Counted from the stretch's first letter, positions 29,507 to 43,519 are shown. The stretch: 64,000 nucleotides of DNA from the human T2T-CHM13v2.0 reference genome, Homo sapiens (GCF_009914755.1 NC_060928.1), one strand, 5' to 3'. Notes: generated from the letters alone by a model not told the origin. Made by a program: numbers and translations.

Positions 29507-31150
29507 TTTTGAGCCTTCCTAGATTCCCCCACCTTCCCACACAAGTTCTTTAAGTTGTGTGTTTGTGTTAATATTATGGTGCTGAATTAACCCATTCCTT
29601 TTGGTGAATGCATCTTTCACTACAGGCATTTGTTGTTGACACTGATGCAGTCCAGCTTGCTGAATGGCGGTTCTGCATGTGAAATCAACATTTAGATTGA
29701 TTTTACACGAGTGTTTAATGTTTGTGGAAAGTACTTTTCTTGGATTAGTTAATATTCTTGAATTGAAATGATCTGTTTTTTAATGAATAGCCAAAGAGCT
29801 GCTGTTCCTTTAATGGTGCTTATATGACTTACAAAATTCATTTTCAAGTTTCCTAGCAATTTTTATTACTTCCATTTTATTGGGAAAATCTTTTTTTCTC
29901 CTTTCATAGGTGTTAACTTTTTGGTCACACTTTCCTAAAGCTCTTTATAAATGGAAAAATAATTTTTTTAAAGTAAACCATGATATTCTTAAAATAACTT
30001 GCTTCTACTTTGAATAGATTAAAAACAATGAGTGTCACTTCTAAACCATACCTTTGTGTTTAAATGCATACCGTAAGTAGCCATGGAACAAACATCTTTT
30101 GTTATTTTTGATACAAAAATTTCACTTCTAAGTAAAAGACATAAGAAAACACATATCCATAAAAACCTGATTCTGTACCTATTTAAAATAGAACACTTAC
30201 ACATTTTAAAGTGTTTCTACTTTTCGAGTCAGATCTTCAGCAATGCCAGTTGCAGTTTAGCCTGAAGGTGTTTTTGAGGGTTCCTGGTTGAGCATGTGTT
30301 TTACATTCCCCCTCTCCACCCTCTTTGTTTATTGGACTGTTTTAGTCATCATAAAGTGCTTCAATCTTTACTAAAGCAAATGCCGTAAAGGATCTGCCTT
30401 ACAGGCAATTATTTCTCCATGAGTAAGGTGAGGTAGCAGTACTACGGAAGTGAAGTCAGCTGGGAGTACAGCTCATCTCCTTGTATGGAAAGTAATTTTG
30501 CAGGAAGAATTACTTTGTACGCCACCCATTAACAGTTAGGCATTCCAGAAGATGCTCCTTTTGGAATGGTCATAAAGGTGTGTTTTCTTCTTTTGATGAA
30601 CTATAAGTAGCCCTAGAAGATTTGGCACTCCTTCATTCTTGCGTAGTATATGGGCCGTCTTTAATAGTATATTGTCTATTTTTAATCATGGAGGAATAGA
30701 ATGGCTAATTGAGACAAGTGGCTGTGTTAGCAGCTGTGAACCGGGCCTATCTATGTCAGTCTGGAATACTTTGTCCCTGGTTCTGGAACTTTACAGGGTG
30801 TGGGAATGCTTGATGAATTATCTTAGGTTACACAACATGCAGTTCTTTGGAATGCATATACATGTATATTATACATACTTTGGATAGACACTTGTATTTG
30901 AATACTGAGTAGTATATAAATGATGAAGTCATTTTAGAGTTTGACTGTCAGGCAGTTAACATTTGTTGCTTTGTGGTTTTGTCATAATATGATCCTTACT
31001 AATTAGGTGCAGAATATTCAGAATATTGAGTAGTATCTGGTTACATCTCTTTTATGACATATATATAAATATAAAAATATTTATCTAAAACTTAAGGTTT
31101 AATGATATTTATACAATATTAAAACAGTATAGGAATATACAAAAATACAA

Positions 31151-31297
31151 GGCCTGGCACAGTGGCTCACACCTATAATCCCAGCATTTTGGAAGGCCAA
31201 AGTGGAAGAATTGCTTGAGCCCAGGAGTTCAAGACCAGCCTGGGCAACATAGGGAAGGCCCCATCTCTACAAAATTTAAAAAATAAAATAAAATAAA
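31151..31297 (+). mobile_element. Alu left monomer (FLAM-C-like)
   Basis: GGCCTGGCACAGTGGCTCACACC...CCCATCTCTACAAAA then (AAAAT)n. Confidence 0.9.
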
Positions 31298-33264
31298 ATT
31301 TCCTCAGCCTCTTCCAGCCTTCCTGCTTCCCATATGTAATCTTTCCAGCACTTTTGTCTTCATTTGGTTGCTCTAATATGCTCCAACTTCCCCCACAAAT
31401 ACATGTTGTTCTGCAGCTTTCTTTTTTTTCTTTAATATATATCATGGGTATGTGTCCAGGTCAGTACGTATAGACATTTATCATATTGATGTAACATATT
31501 TATGCATCAGAATTTCTACTGATATTGTAATTATTTTTTATATCCAGAAATTTTTAAATGAATGTTTTTGTGGGTTTTTTTTTGCCTAATATATATTTTT
31601 ATGTGGCTATAAATAAAAAATCAAATATGAACTGTGGGGGGTATAATCTTATTGAGTGTAATAATTTGTATGCAAATTTTAGTTAAAATTAATAAACAAT
31701 TTCAAAATAATGTAAACATTTTTGTCAACAATGACTAAAATATTATAAACTCTTTATGAATGTTTTCTATATACTTGTTTCTGTATAAAATAATATCTAA
31801 TGATTTTAGATTGCATTATAAATATTTTAACCCTTGATATCTGCTGCAAATGTGCTTTCTATTCAGTTCTTCTCAAAATTAAAATAAAAATAAGCTTATT
31901 AAAGACTTATAAGTAAAATAACTAGAATTATATTCCATACACTATGTATTATTTATTCATATTACTGAAAATTACTGATTATATCCTTCCATATAACAGT
32001 GGAAAAAGAATTGGTTTGGTGACTCGAAGGACTTGATGGTCAAATTAATTGATTTTGGATATTTCATGTATTCTCATTTTAAAACTTTTCTTTAGTTTCT
32101 TATTTATTATCCTGTTTAATGTAGGCTGGTATTAAAATGAGTCAGCATTTCTGATAATTGTGTAAATGTTAAATGATAGCAGAAGCCAATTTAGGATTAA
32201 ACAAAAATTGTTGTGGCTCCTCTGCTAATCACATAATCCAAATGTGAATTGAGAGATTATTCAAGAAGTGATGATTCAAGAAGTTAAATAATACTTTTAA
32301 ATGACAATTTTTATAAATTGCAATGATAAGTAATTCAATAAATTAATTTGGGTTTACCCAGAAGAGCATAGGAGTGCTTTCTTAATATACTTTTCAGTTC
32401 CATGACTAGTTATTTTTATACTGCTATGTGAATGTGAATTTTGTACTATAATATAAAATGACTGTATACCATTGTTTCTTATACAACTTTATTTGTCAAA
32501 AAACTCATTATACCCTACCTCTATCATAAAGCAACATATCTATTCCCACTGGGAATTTTCATATGCTAGTGTGGACCTTGTTTGTGTTTACTAACAGAAA
32601 TCTTTGATATATTAATTGAGAGATACAGTCACTGTTTCATTGTGGGAAAACTGATGATCATCACCTTATTCAGAGCAAAGCCAAATGCTGATTCCGACTG
32701 CTAAGGGGATTGATTTAACTGGCACCTAGCATTTGTACTTTAGAGAAGAAACTTAACCTTCTTCTAAGCTTTTGAGGTATTCAGGTGTTTGATTAAATCA
32801 TTTCTTTCCAGAGATTTTTAACTCTGACATTGATTATCCTTATCTAATATTTTAGAGTTAACATTATCATATTATAGAACCTTTTACTATTTCCAGTTCT
32901 ATTTAAATCCTGGGACAGTTTCCTTTCCTTTTTGGACTGAGAACAAATTGAATATTGAATAATCTCTTTGGAATGTATCTTTTAGGGCCTTGTTAACTGG
33001 ATGAATTCATCACTTTCATATTATGCTGCTATTCTTTCATGCCTTTCGAGATTTTCAATGAAAAGTAAGTTTCACAGCCTTTACAACTGAGAAGCATCAG
33101 CTGTGTTGATTTTTTTTTACAGCATTGGTAAGGTGAATGTGCATTTTATCACCTCTGACTCATGGAAGTTAGGGGTTTCTTGTGCCGGAATCAGATAAAG
33201 GAAGGAATATCATTTTTATAATATGATAGAAATCTTTAACCTACTTTAAAATATTCTCCCTTCA

Positions 33265-33570
33265 TTTTTAAATAATATTTTAATTGACATATCTTAATTC
33301 TATACTTATGGAGTACAATGTGATGTTTTGATATATGTAAACAATGTGGAATGATTAATGCAATCTAATGCATATCCCTCTACCTCAATTACTTATCTTT
33401 TTTTTGTGGTGAAACATTTGAAGTTTATTCTCCTAGTTTTTTCAAATATACGTTATTATTGACTGTAGTCATCCTGCTGTGCTATAGGTCTCAAAACTTA
33501 TTTCTCCTGTCTGTCTGAAACTTTGTATCTTTTGACCAGTAACTCCCTATTCCCTCCCCTCAATGTCCTC
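33265..33570 (-). mobile_element. L1MA-like 3' end fragment
   Basis: TTATGGAGTACAATGTGATGTTTTGATATATG...TTATTGACTGTAGTCATCCTGCTGTGCTATAG...CTGAAACTTTGTATC. Confidence 0.8.
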
Positions 33571-33889
33571 CTTTAAAAGTAATTTGTATAATAGTCAATG
33601 CTGATACACTTTTTTCAGCTTTAAGAATTGTTTTTCTTTTCCCATTTCCCATGAGTTAATGGATAAGAGAGAGGACCAATTTAAATTTATGAAGCAGGAT
33701 CTTCAATGTGTTTGCTAGCTTGAAAGGTACTCCACATTTTTATTATAAGAGAATGTGTTGGAATTAACTGAGTTTGTGTTGAATTATACTTCCTCTCTTT
33801 TTTTTTTCTCTCCCCATCCTGTTTTCTCTCTTTCTGATTGGAATGAATTTATTAGGATCTTCCACATGCAGTGTGCATGCACTGTGGTA

Positions 33890-34823
33890 GTTTTTAAAAT
33901 TTAGGTGAAGTTTACATAACATGAAATTAACCATTTTAATGTGTATAATTCGGTGGCATTTTGGTATTTTCAGTATTGTGTGACCACCTCTATCTAATTA
34001 CAAAACATTTTCATTACTCCAAGAGGAAACTTGGTACCCATTGAGTATTTACTCCCCATTTCTCCTGGCAGCCATCAGTCTGTTTTCTGTCTTTACGGAT
34101 TTACCTATTCTGGGTATTTCATATAAATGGAATCATATGTGTCCTTTTATGTCTGGCTTTTTTCACTTACCATAATGTTTTTGTGGTTCATCTTTATTAC
34201 AGCATAATACCGGTTTCTTACTCCTTTTTATTGCAGAATAATATTCCATTGTGTTATCATATGTTTATTCATTCATCAGTTGGTGGTCATTTAGGTAGTT
34301 TCCACTTTTTTGCTATTGTGAATCCTGCTGCTGTGAACATTTGTGCACAAATTTTTGTGTTGACAGATATTTTTATTGCTCTTAGGTATAGACCTAGGAG
34401 AGGAATTAGTGGGTCATATGGTAATTCTATGTTTAACTATTTGAGGAACTATGAGACTATTTTCCAAACTGGGTGCACCATTTTAACTTCCCACCAGCAG
34501 TGTATGAGGGCTGCACTTTCTCCATATAACATGGCAACACTTGTTATTGTCTGTAGTCATCTTGGTGAGCATGAAGTGGTATCATTGTGCTTTTATTTGC
34601 ATTTTCCTGATAGCTAATGATATTGAGCATCTTTTTATGTGCTTATTGGACATTTGTATATCTTGTTTGGAGAAATTGCTATTCGGATCTTTTGCCTATT
34701 TAAAAATTATGATTTTTCTATTATAGAGTAGTAAGTTTTTTAAAACTATATTCTAGATACAAGTCCCTTTTCATGTACATGATTTTCTTTCATTCTGTGG
34801 ATTATCTTTTCATTTTCTTGATG
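33890..34823 (-). mobile_element. L1MB-like 3' fragment
   Basis: AGGTGAAGTTTACATAACATGAAATTAACCATTTTAA...GGGTCATATGGTAATTCTATGTTTAAC...GATATTGAGCATCTTTTTATGTGCTTATTGG. Confidence 0.88.
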
Positions 34824-34825
34824 GA

Positions 34826-35045
34826 TTTTTTTTTTTGAGGCAGAGTCTCACTCTGTCACCTAGGCTAGAGTACAGTGGCGAGATCTCAGCTCACTGCAAC
34901 CTCTGTCTCTGGGCTTACGTGATCCTGCCACCTCAGCCTGCCGAGTAGCTGGGACTACAGGTTTGGGCAACCATGCTTGGATAAATTTTTAAAAATTTTT
35001 TTGGTAGTGACGGAGTTTCATCATATTGCCCAGGTTAGTCTCAAT
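34826..35045 (-). mobile_element. Alu, 5'-truncated (J-like)
   Basis: Poly-T, right arm and linker; stops at CCCAGGTTAGTCTCAA. Confidence 0.9.
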
Positions 35046-35425
35046 GACCCTTTTAATTGCTGAATAATAATTTCTTGAATGTATGATAATTTTTAAAACT
35101 CTATACCATAAAGATGATAATTTAGTATTATAAAAGCTGCTGCTTTAAATATTCTGCAGTCTTATTTGTTAATTTCCTTAGGGTAAACCAAGAGGTATAA
35201 TTATTGGGGCCAAAAGTTTATGTATTTTTATATTTTTTGATAATTATTGCTAAAATGCCCTCAAGAAAGATTATACTCCAACAGTGGGAGCATTTAAGAG
35301 TCAGAAAAATGTTTAGAAGTGTACATTTTTCATAGACTATTGTAATCTGCCTTCTCACTGTATACATTAGATTTTGACTACGTACTTGACTCCAGACTAC
35401 TTTCATATCTTGCAGGTTGGTGTAA

Positions 35426-35774
<349 letters not shown>

Positions 35775-35925
35775 AAGACTTATAGCTGCATTTCTTCATG
35801 CTCTTCTGCATGTATACCTTGAAATTTCTGTATATTTTTTAAGGCTTCAATCAATATGGCCCTTCTTAATGAAATCTTTCTCAGTTTCAACACCTAAATA
35901 CAAGTTTATCCTGAGCATTCACTAA

Positions 35926-36258
<333 letters not shown>

Positions 36259-36275
36259 ACAGTTTTTTTGCTATC

Positions 36276-36567
<292 letters not shown>

Positions 36568-37048
36568 CATGTTTTATATATTCGTCACTGAATTCTAGAA
36601 CTGACCACTGTTTCTGACATATAATAGTGGTTCTCCTTAACACTAACTTTATGCTTGGACCAAATCAGGTTTCCCGTCAGTATTATATTCTACAGTATAT
36701 CTTTCATAGTAATACTGTGTTCAACTTTAAAAGCTTGTTAATTGTGATCATACTCTTACTAGGATTATACTAAAGGTTCTACTTGTGTTTGTGAACATAC
36801 ATGACAAAAACACACATATTAAAATTATTTGTTTCCGAGTTTTATACTATCTAATGACACAACTGTGTAAGCATGGTATTTTACTGTTTAAAATTGTAAA
36901 GTATCCTGTTAAACTTTACTTTTAAATTTTTCTTAAGACTTCTTAAGTTGCAGTAACTGTCTATCATAAATTGACCTTAACAACATCTCCTGTTAGGTAG
37001 AATGACAAAATTAAAATGGAGCTTAGTTGAAAAAAAAAAAGGTTTGGC

Positions 37049-37596
37049 CGCTTTGAAGATAAAGATGCATATGCTAGGAACAGGCATGGTATGCTCTGTG
37101 GTCAGGGAAGGCCTCCCTGCAGAAGTGACTTCTGAGCTGTAACTGGAATGGTAAGAAGATCATGATGCATATTACTAAGGACAGAGCCCCACTCCCTTAA
37201 ACCATTCCAGGGAGGGAGGAGGCCCCCAGTGAGGAATGGCTCATGCTTTCCAGGGGGGTACACACCAGAAGCAAGGCTTGCAGGTGCAGAAGTTCCTGAA
37301 CTCACGTATGATGTAGTTGCAGAGAGTTTTCAATTTTCATGGAGCTGTGTGAGCTTGAAAGATGACAGTCAGTTTGAAAGATGACCATGGACCAGTTGCC
37401 AGAGGGGTCTTCCTGAATAGCCTGCTATGCAGAGGAACTTAAGGATTTTTATATGTCCTTGGGAGAGGGAAGAGAGGAGAGAAAACTCTAACAATGGCTA
37501 AAATTGAATTTCCCTCAATTCAGAGGAATGGGGACTTCACAGTCAGCTTCATTAAAGAATATGTGACATTTCTAGCAAAAAAAAAAACCAAAAAAC
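37049..37596 (+). pseudogene. Putative retrocopy or orphan 3' transduction of a non-coding transcript end
   Basis: Direct repeats (A)nGGTTTGGC ending at 37048 and 37606; ATTAAA at 37551-37556; A-tail from 37577; GC-richer than flanks; not Alu or L1. Confidence 0.65.
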
Positions 37597-37994
37597 AAGG
37601 TTTGGCATTGTAGTTATTTGTCCATCTACCCTAGGCTTACAGATTTGTTCATCAAGTAGCAAAAACAGATGATTTACATATAACCAATTGTCTAGGAAAT
37701 TTTTAAAAATTTGAGTCATTTGACTGTTAAGTAGAAATGAATGTATTACTTATTTTGTAGGTAAAAAAATAATTTTAGAATTCTTCTGGAAGTCTTATTA
37801 AATTGATAAATATATTAGAGGTCATTTTAATGATGATCAGTACAAGATTTTTTCCAAGTGAAATCTGGGGATTGCTTTATTCCTCTTATACCTTGAATAT
37901 CACTAATGCATTAGGTTGAATCATTTGGGGGCTGCTTTCGCCAACAGACTAATGCCCAGGAAATATCTGGGTGAACAGTTTGCCAGATGCACAC

Positions 37995-38323
<329 letters not shown>

Positions 38324-40462
38324 TGACCTAATGAACTGACAATTCACTGCTAATTTTAGGTTCCATTTGACTTAATCCTAAAAATGAGAGCATAAGTAGA
38401 TAACAGCCTGTACATTGAAGTAGTTCCAGAAATATTGGATTTATCTAAAATTATGTTTTTCATTATAGTGTAGTTGCCCTGTAAATTTTTATTGATGGTA
38501 GTGCATAAAAAGGCATTAAAATTTGAGACTTCCTGATTTTAGAAGGTTTATGCCAAGCAAGTTTGACACTTTTAAGCTTACACCAAATGGGTGAATTGTG
38601 ATCTAAGAATTGCTTAAGACTATACTTGGGTGCAGTTTTCATTTTTTGAAGGCTGCTTTACGTGTGATTCTTTGTCCTATGTATTATCTATCTCAAAAGA
38701 AGGCATTGTAAATGGATTGAATTGAATTAGCACTTTTCCTTGATGGCTTTTGTATCCCTAATGATGTTGCTCAGCATTATGAGGGCATGTCTTAACAGTA
38801 ATATACTTATGATCAGTAAAATCTTTCTGCTTAGTATTTTAAAGTTGAGAAGATAATTAATTGATTTTTCATCCTAATAGTAATGACTACTTTTTATTTA
38901 AAGAGGTGAAAATAATAATTCAGACACCTAATATAAGTATCCTAATAGAAGTAAAAAGTAGAGGAAGGACTTACACTCACTGAACTATATAAAACATGTT
39001 ATGATTATTGATTTTATAATACAAAATTCATTTTGGAAAAATAAATTGATTATGCTCATCTTTTAAGATATCTTTCTGAGGCTACCTTGACATTGCTATT
39101 GGAGAGATAAAGGGAAAAAACATCTACTTGAACTATTCTGTCTTAAAGCCTGTTTGTAGTTTGGTTTGTCTTCAGTGCATGTCATCAAAAAGATTATGTA
39201 GACAGAATGAAACAGCTTCATTTAAAAAACTGAAATGTTTTGTGTTAACTGTGTGTGAACGATATATTGCCCATTAGCATGTATATCTAATGGGCCATCC
39301 TGTAGTTCAAATCTTAGGAGATTTTGGGCCACTGTGAGCTACCAACATTTGTCTCTTTAAAACTGCAAGATTGAATGGGTAGCTACGTGCTGGACAGCAT
39401 GTAGCTGTTGAGAAGGCTTTGGATGCTGAGAGAAGGAACTCAGGATACCTGTTTGTAAGGGAAGTTTTAACTTGTTCTGTGTCCTGAGAGGAAAAACTAC
39501 ACTGTTACAGTTGTTGGAAAATCCTTTCTGAAGAACCAAAAGAGTTATTTTCTCACTGCTTAGCTAAACCTAGATATTCAGCCAGTAATCCACATGAGGA
39601 TTGACCTGGGCTTTCGGATCAGGGCTCAGCATTGAGAAACCAAGTATTTGTGCTTTAAGAAGCGGGCTCATTTGTATTGTACTTGCTGAGGGACACTACT
39701 GTAACATTTATTCCTCATTTAAATTCAGTGGCTAAATTTAAAATCACTTCCCCAGGAGTAATTGCAGAAGTCTTTCACCCATGGCTGAAAATGAAAAATA
39801 AATTTATTTAATAGAGATGCTTTTGTGTTTTCATATTTCATTTAAAAAACTTTTGCTATCATAATGACATATTCACAGTTCACGACTTTCACACATATGG
39901 GTCTTCTTTTTGAAATTCTTTCTGCCTAGCTAACACTTGGACTTTCTGAGGAACTAACCTGGTTGACTCCTAGACTAGTTGAGACATGCATGTCACTTCT
40001 CAAAATACCTTGCATTAAAGAAGTAGCACATTTATGAGAATTGTATTTAAATACTGAAATTTTACTAATTATTTAATTACTTTCTATACTAACTTCACAA
40101 GGCAACACTTGCATTTTCGTTGTTGTTGTTCACTGCTGTATTGCCATTTCCCATTGCCTCTTTGATGCTTAATGGATGTGTACAGAATGAATGAATGCAT
40201 GTGTGCATCCACTGTAAGATGAGGAGGGGAAACTGATGTGGGAGGGAAGACCTCTGAATCATAAGTAAAGTTTTGAGGGTTTTTCTCCTCCTCTCACATT
40301 TGTGTTTTGGAAAAGTAGGTTCTTTAATCCTTCATGTGTGACCTTTCACAAGGCAATTAAATTTTTTTATAAAGGCTGTTTTACTTTATTATGTGACTTC
40401 ATAATTATAACTATCTGATATTTTATTCTCATTTAGCAGATTGCTCAAACAATAGGTATAAA

Positions 40463-40504
40463 AGCTGTTAACGGTAAAAATGTAGCTGTTAATGGTAAAA
40501 ATGT
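40463..40504. repeat. 21-bp tandem duplication
   Basis: AGCTGTTAACGGTAAAAATGT AGCTGTTAATGGTAAAAATGT. Confidence 0.9.
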
Positions 40505-40936
40505 GAATCACAAATTATTTTATGGAAATATTTAGGGTTGGGTATTGTGGTCTACTTTAGTAGACCATATGAATGAGAACTTGAACACTTTCAAAATAAC
40601 TTGAGATAAGATTGGTTAGACCAAATGGTCACCAAAATATAATTTATGTTAATAGATATTTCTGGAAAAAGCGAAGCCTTCTCTGAAAAATAAAGTCTTT
40701 CTTATAATTAAGAGACATGCATATTATATTTTACTGTTACAATAACCACAGGTCTTTATTTAATTACAAGAGAGAAAAAATATAAAATGGAGGAAAAAAG
40801 TAATTATCTGTATTTTTTCACCCCTTTCTTGGAAATAAATGGAAACTTTCATTTATTTATTTATTGAATAAGTCATATATTCATAAGGTTCTAACAAAAG
40901 CTACAACAAACACATAGGTGAAAAATATATATTATA

Positions 40937-41616
40937 TTAGTCTTCTATATTTGCAGGTTCTGCATCTGTGGATTGAAAATGTTTGGAAGAAAAACAATGT
41001 AACAATAAAAAATACAAAGAAAAGAACCTAATACTGTATAACAACAGTTTACATAGCATTTACATTGTGTTAAGCATGACAAGTAATCCAGAGATGATTT
41101 AAAGTATATAGGCAGATGCGTGTAGGTTATATACAAATACTATGCCATTTTATATAAGGCACTAGTCCCCAGTCCCCGGGTTATGGATGGGTACAGATCC
41201 ATGGCCTGTTAGGAACCAGGCTGCACAGCAGGAGGTGAGTGGCAGGTGAGTGAGCATTACCACCTGAGCTCCGCCTCCTGTCAGACCAGCAGTGGCATTA
41301 GATTCTCAGACCAGCAGTGGCATTAGATTCTCAGAGGAGCACGAACCCTATTGTGAACTGCACGTGCAAGGGATCTGGGTTGCAGGCTCGTTATGAGAAT
41401 CTAATGCCTGATGATCTGAGGTAGAACAGTTTCATCCTGAAACTGTAACCCATCCTCCCCTCCCCCTGACCCACCTGTGGAAAAATTGTCTTCCATGAAA
41501 CCAGTCCCTGGTGTCAAAAAGGTTCGGACTGCTGATTAAGGGACTTGAGCACCTGTAGAATTTTGTATCTGCAGGGGGTCTTGGAACCAATCCCCTGAGG
41601 ATACCCAGCATGACCA
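40937..41616 (-). mobile_element. MER2 (TcMar-Tigger MITE), split by MER1B
   Basis: TTTACATAGCATTTACATTGT...GTAGGTTATATACAAATACTATGCCATTTTATATAAGG, resuming GACTTGAGCA...TGGAACCAATCCCC. Confidence 0.85.
41160..41534 (+). mobile_element. MER1B (hAT-Charlie MITE)
   Basis: GGCCTGTTAGGAACCAGGCTGCACAGCAGGAGGTGAG...GGAAAAATTGTCTTCCATGAAACCAGTCCCTGGTG; TSD ATATAAGG / AT-TAAGG. Confidence 0.88.
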
Positions 41617-42286
41617 TACTTTTCATATATTTTAAGAACTGTATGTATTTCCTTTCATTAGACAGACGCTTTTAATGTAAAAACCTTGTACATAGTAGAG
41701 AATCTAGAAGTGGTATCACTTTGACAGTGGTGACTCTCTGTACTTTGATAACTCAAAGTATAATTTTTTCTGATTAAGTTTCTGCACCTGTTAGCAAAAG
41801 CAACCCCTTTCAGAGCATCTGAAACCTTGTAAGAATTTTTGAAAAGCTGTGAACTTTATTAATATTTGTGAATTCCTTCATTTTCAGCCAAAGGGATATT
41901 CATATAACAGTTAACATTTTACCAAGTCTTAAACTAGAGGATTGATATTCACAATATTTGGCCTCAGGAAAGTTTTATGTAAGTTATACAGGCATTTTTC
42001 ATTTTTTCACTGGGGAATTGATGGCAGACTAGAGAGGGGAAGAAGAACAAAGAAAGCATGAAAAGGGGCAGAAAAGGTGTTTTGAGAATTCCGGTCTTTA
42101 TTTTCCATAAAAGAAGTGATAGCAACTAAAATAGTATTTTTTAGTTCTTTTATTTACTTCTAATTTTTAAAATACAAAGTATAAAGAAGACTTTTTAAAA
42201 AGTTGCTGATAATCGTGTCTGCTCCTTCCTGGTAATATTCCTAGGAAGAATATTTTTCTAAATTTATTTCTTTCAAAGTTTATGGA

Positions 42287-42593
42287 TTTTATTTATTTAT
42301 TTATTTATTTATTTTTAGACAGAATCTGGCTGTCTCCCAAGCTGGAGTGCAGTGACGTGATCTTGGCTCACTGCACCCTCCACCTCCCAGGCTCAAATGG
42401 TCCTCCTATCTCAAGTTTCCCAGTACTGAGACTACAGGCATGTGTCACCATGCTCAGTTAATTTTGTATTTTTTGTAGAGACAGGGTTTCGCCATGTTGG
42501 CCAGGCTGGTCTCCAAATCCTGGGCTCAAGTGATCCACCCACCTTGGCCTCCCAAGGTGCTGGAGTTACAGGTGTGAGCCACTATACCTGGCC
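42287..42593 (-). mobile_element. Alu (J/S-type)
   Basis: (TTTA)n tail, Alu body, ends CCTGGCC. Confidence 0.93.
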
Positions 42594-42896
42594 TTTTTTT
42601 TTTTTTTTCTCAGACAAGGTCTTGCCCAGGCTGGAGTACAGTGGCAGGAACACACCTCACTGCAGCCTCGACCTCCCAGGCTCAAGCGATCCTCCCACCT
42701 CAGCCTCCTGAGTAGCTGAGACTACAGGTGTGTGCCACTATGCCTGGCTAATCTTTTTAATATTATTTTATTTTTTGTAGAGATGGGGTTTTGCCATGTT
42801 GCCCAGGCTGGGCTCAAACTCCTGAGCTCAAAAAGTCTATCCACTTGGGTCCCCCAAAGTGCTGGTATCACAGGCGTGAGCTACTGTACCCTGCCT
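42594..42896 (-). mobile_element. Alu (J-type), head-to-tail with previous Alu
   Basis: Poly-T, CTCACTGCAGCCTCGACCTCCCAGGCTCAAGCGATCCTCCCACC. Confidence 0.93.
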
Positions 42897-42944
42897 AATT
42901 TTATGGCATTGAGGGCATAAAAAATGGTCTTTGCTGTTCCAGTG

Positions 42945-43214
42945 TAGTGCTAATCAAAGTGCTGCCTGTGGATTTGTCAGTTTATGACAACATAAGTTCA
43001 GAAATTGAGAGTAAGAATTTAGAAATTTTTATAGCAATTTGACAGTAATTTTATGTCTGTTGAATCTAATAATAAGAATTTGGGGCCTGTATTTTATAGT
43101 TTTTTAGAGTTCATTTTTCTGATAACTTGGTTTTTGTTGTATTTTACTAAAGTATTAGCCTGAAACAGATTGGAGACTTTAAAAGACTGACAATCCTCAC
43201 AGTTTGAGAAGCTG
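42945..43214. mobile_element. hAT-Charlie MITE (MER5C-like)
   Basis: AGTGCTAATCAAAGTG...CAGAAATTGAGAGTAAG...TTTATAGCAATTTGACAG...AGTTTGAGAAGCTG. Confidence 0.6.
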
Positions 43215-43519
43215 TGCTCTATATTATTTCATTTTTCAATCATATTTGAGATCTTCTTATTCCTCCCTCACTCAACCAACCTCCCTCTTCTCAGAGATAG
43301 ACTTCCATCATCATTCATCAAGGGCATACCAAGGAAGATCTTCCCACCAAAATAAAAATATTGGGAAGAAATAGTGATACCCATCAGGGATGGGAGAAAA
43401 ACTCAGAAGGCTGACTTCTTTCCTCTCTGGATGAGCCTACTAATGGGGTTATGGAGTAAGGTTCAGTAGGAGAACTGCAGAGATTTATAGAATGAAGAAA
43501 GGGGACTTTGGGGGCTCTG

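Noticed and set aside
30429-30445. TGAGGTAG let-7-like seed
   Set aside because: The match ends after 8 nt and there is no complementary arm for a pre-let-7 hairpin.
37745-37770. TTTTGTAG|GTAAAA recursive splice-like junction
   Set aside because: Weak pyrimidine tract and weak donor; expected by chance in T-rich intron.
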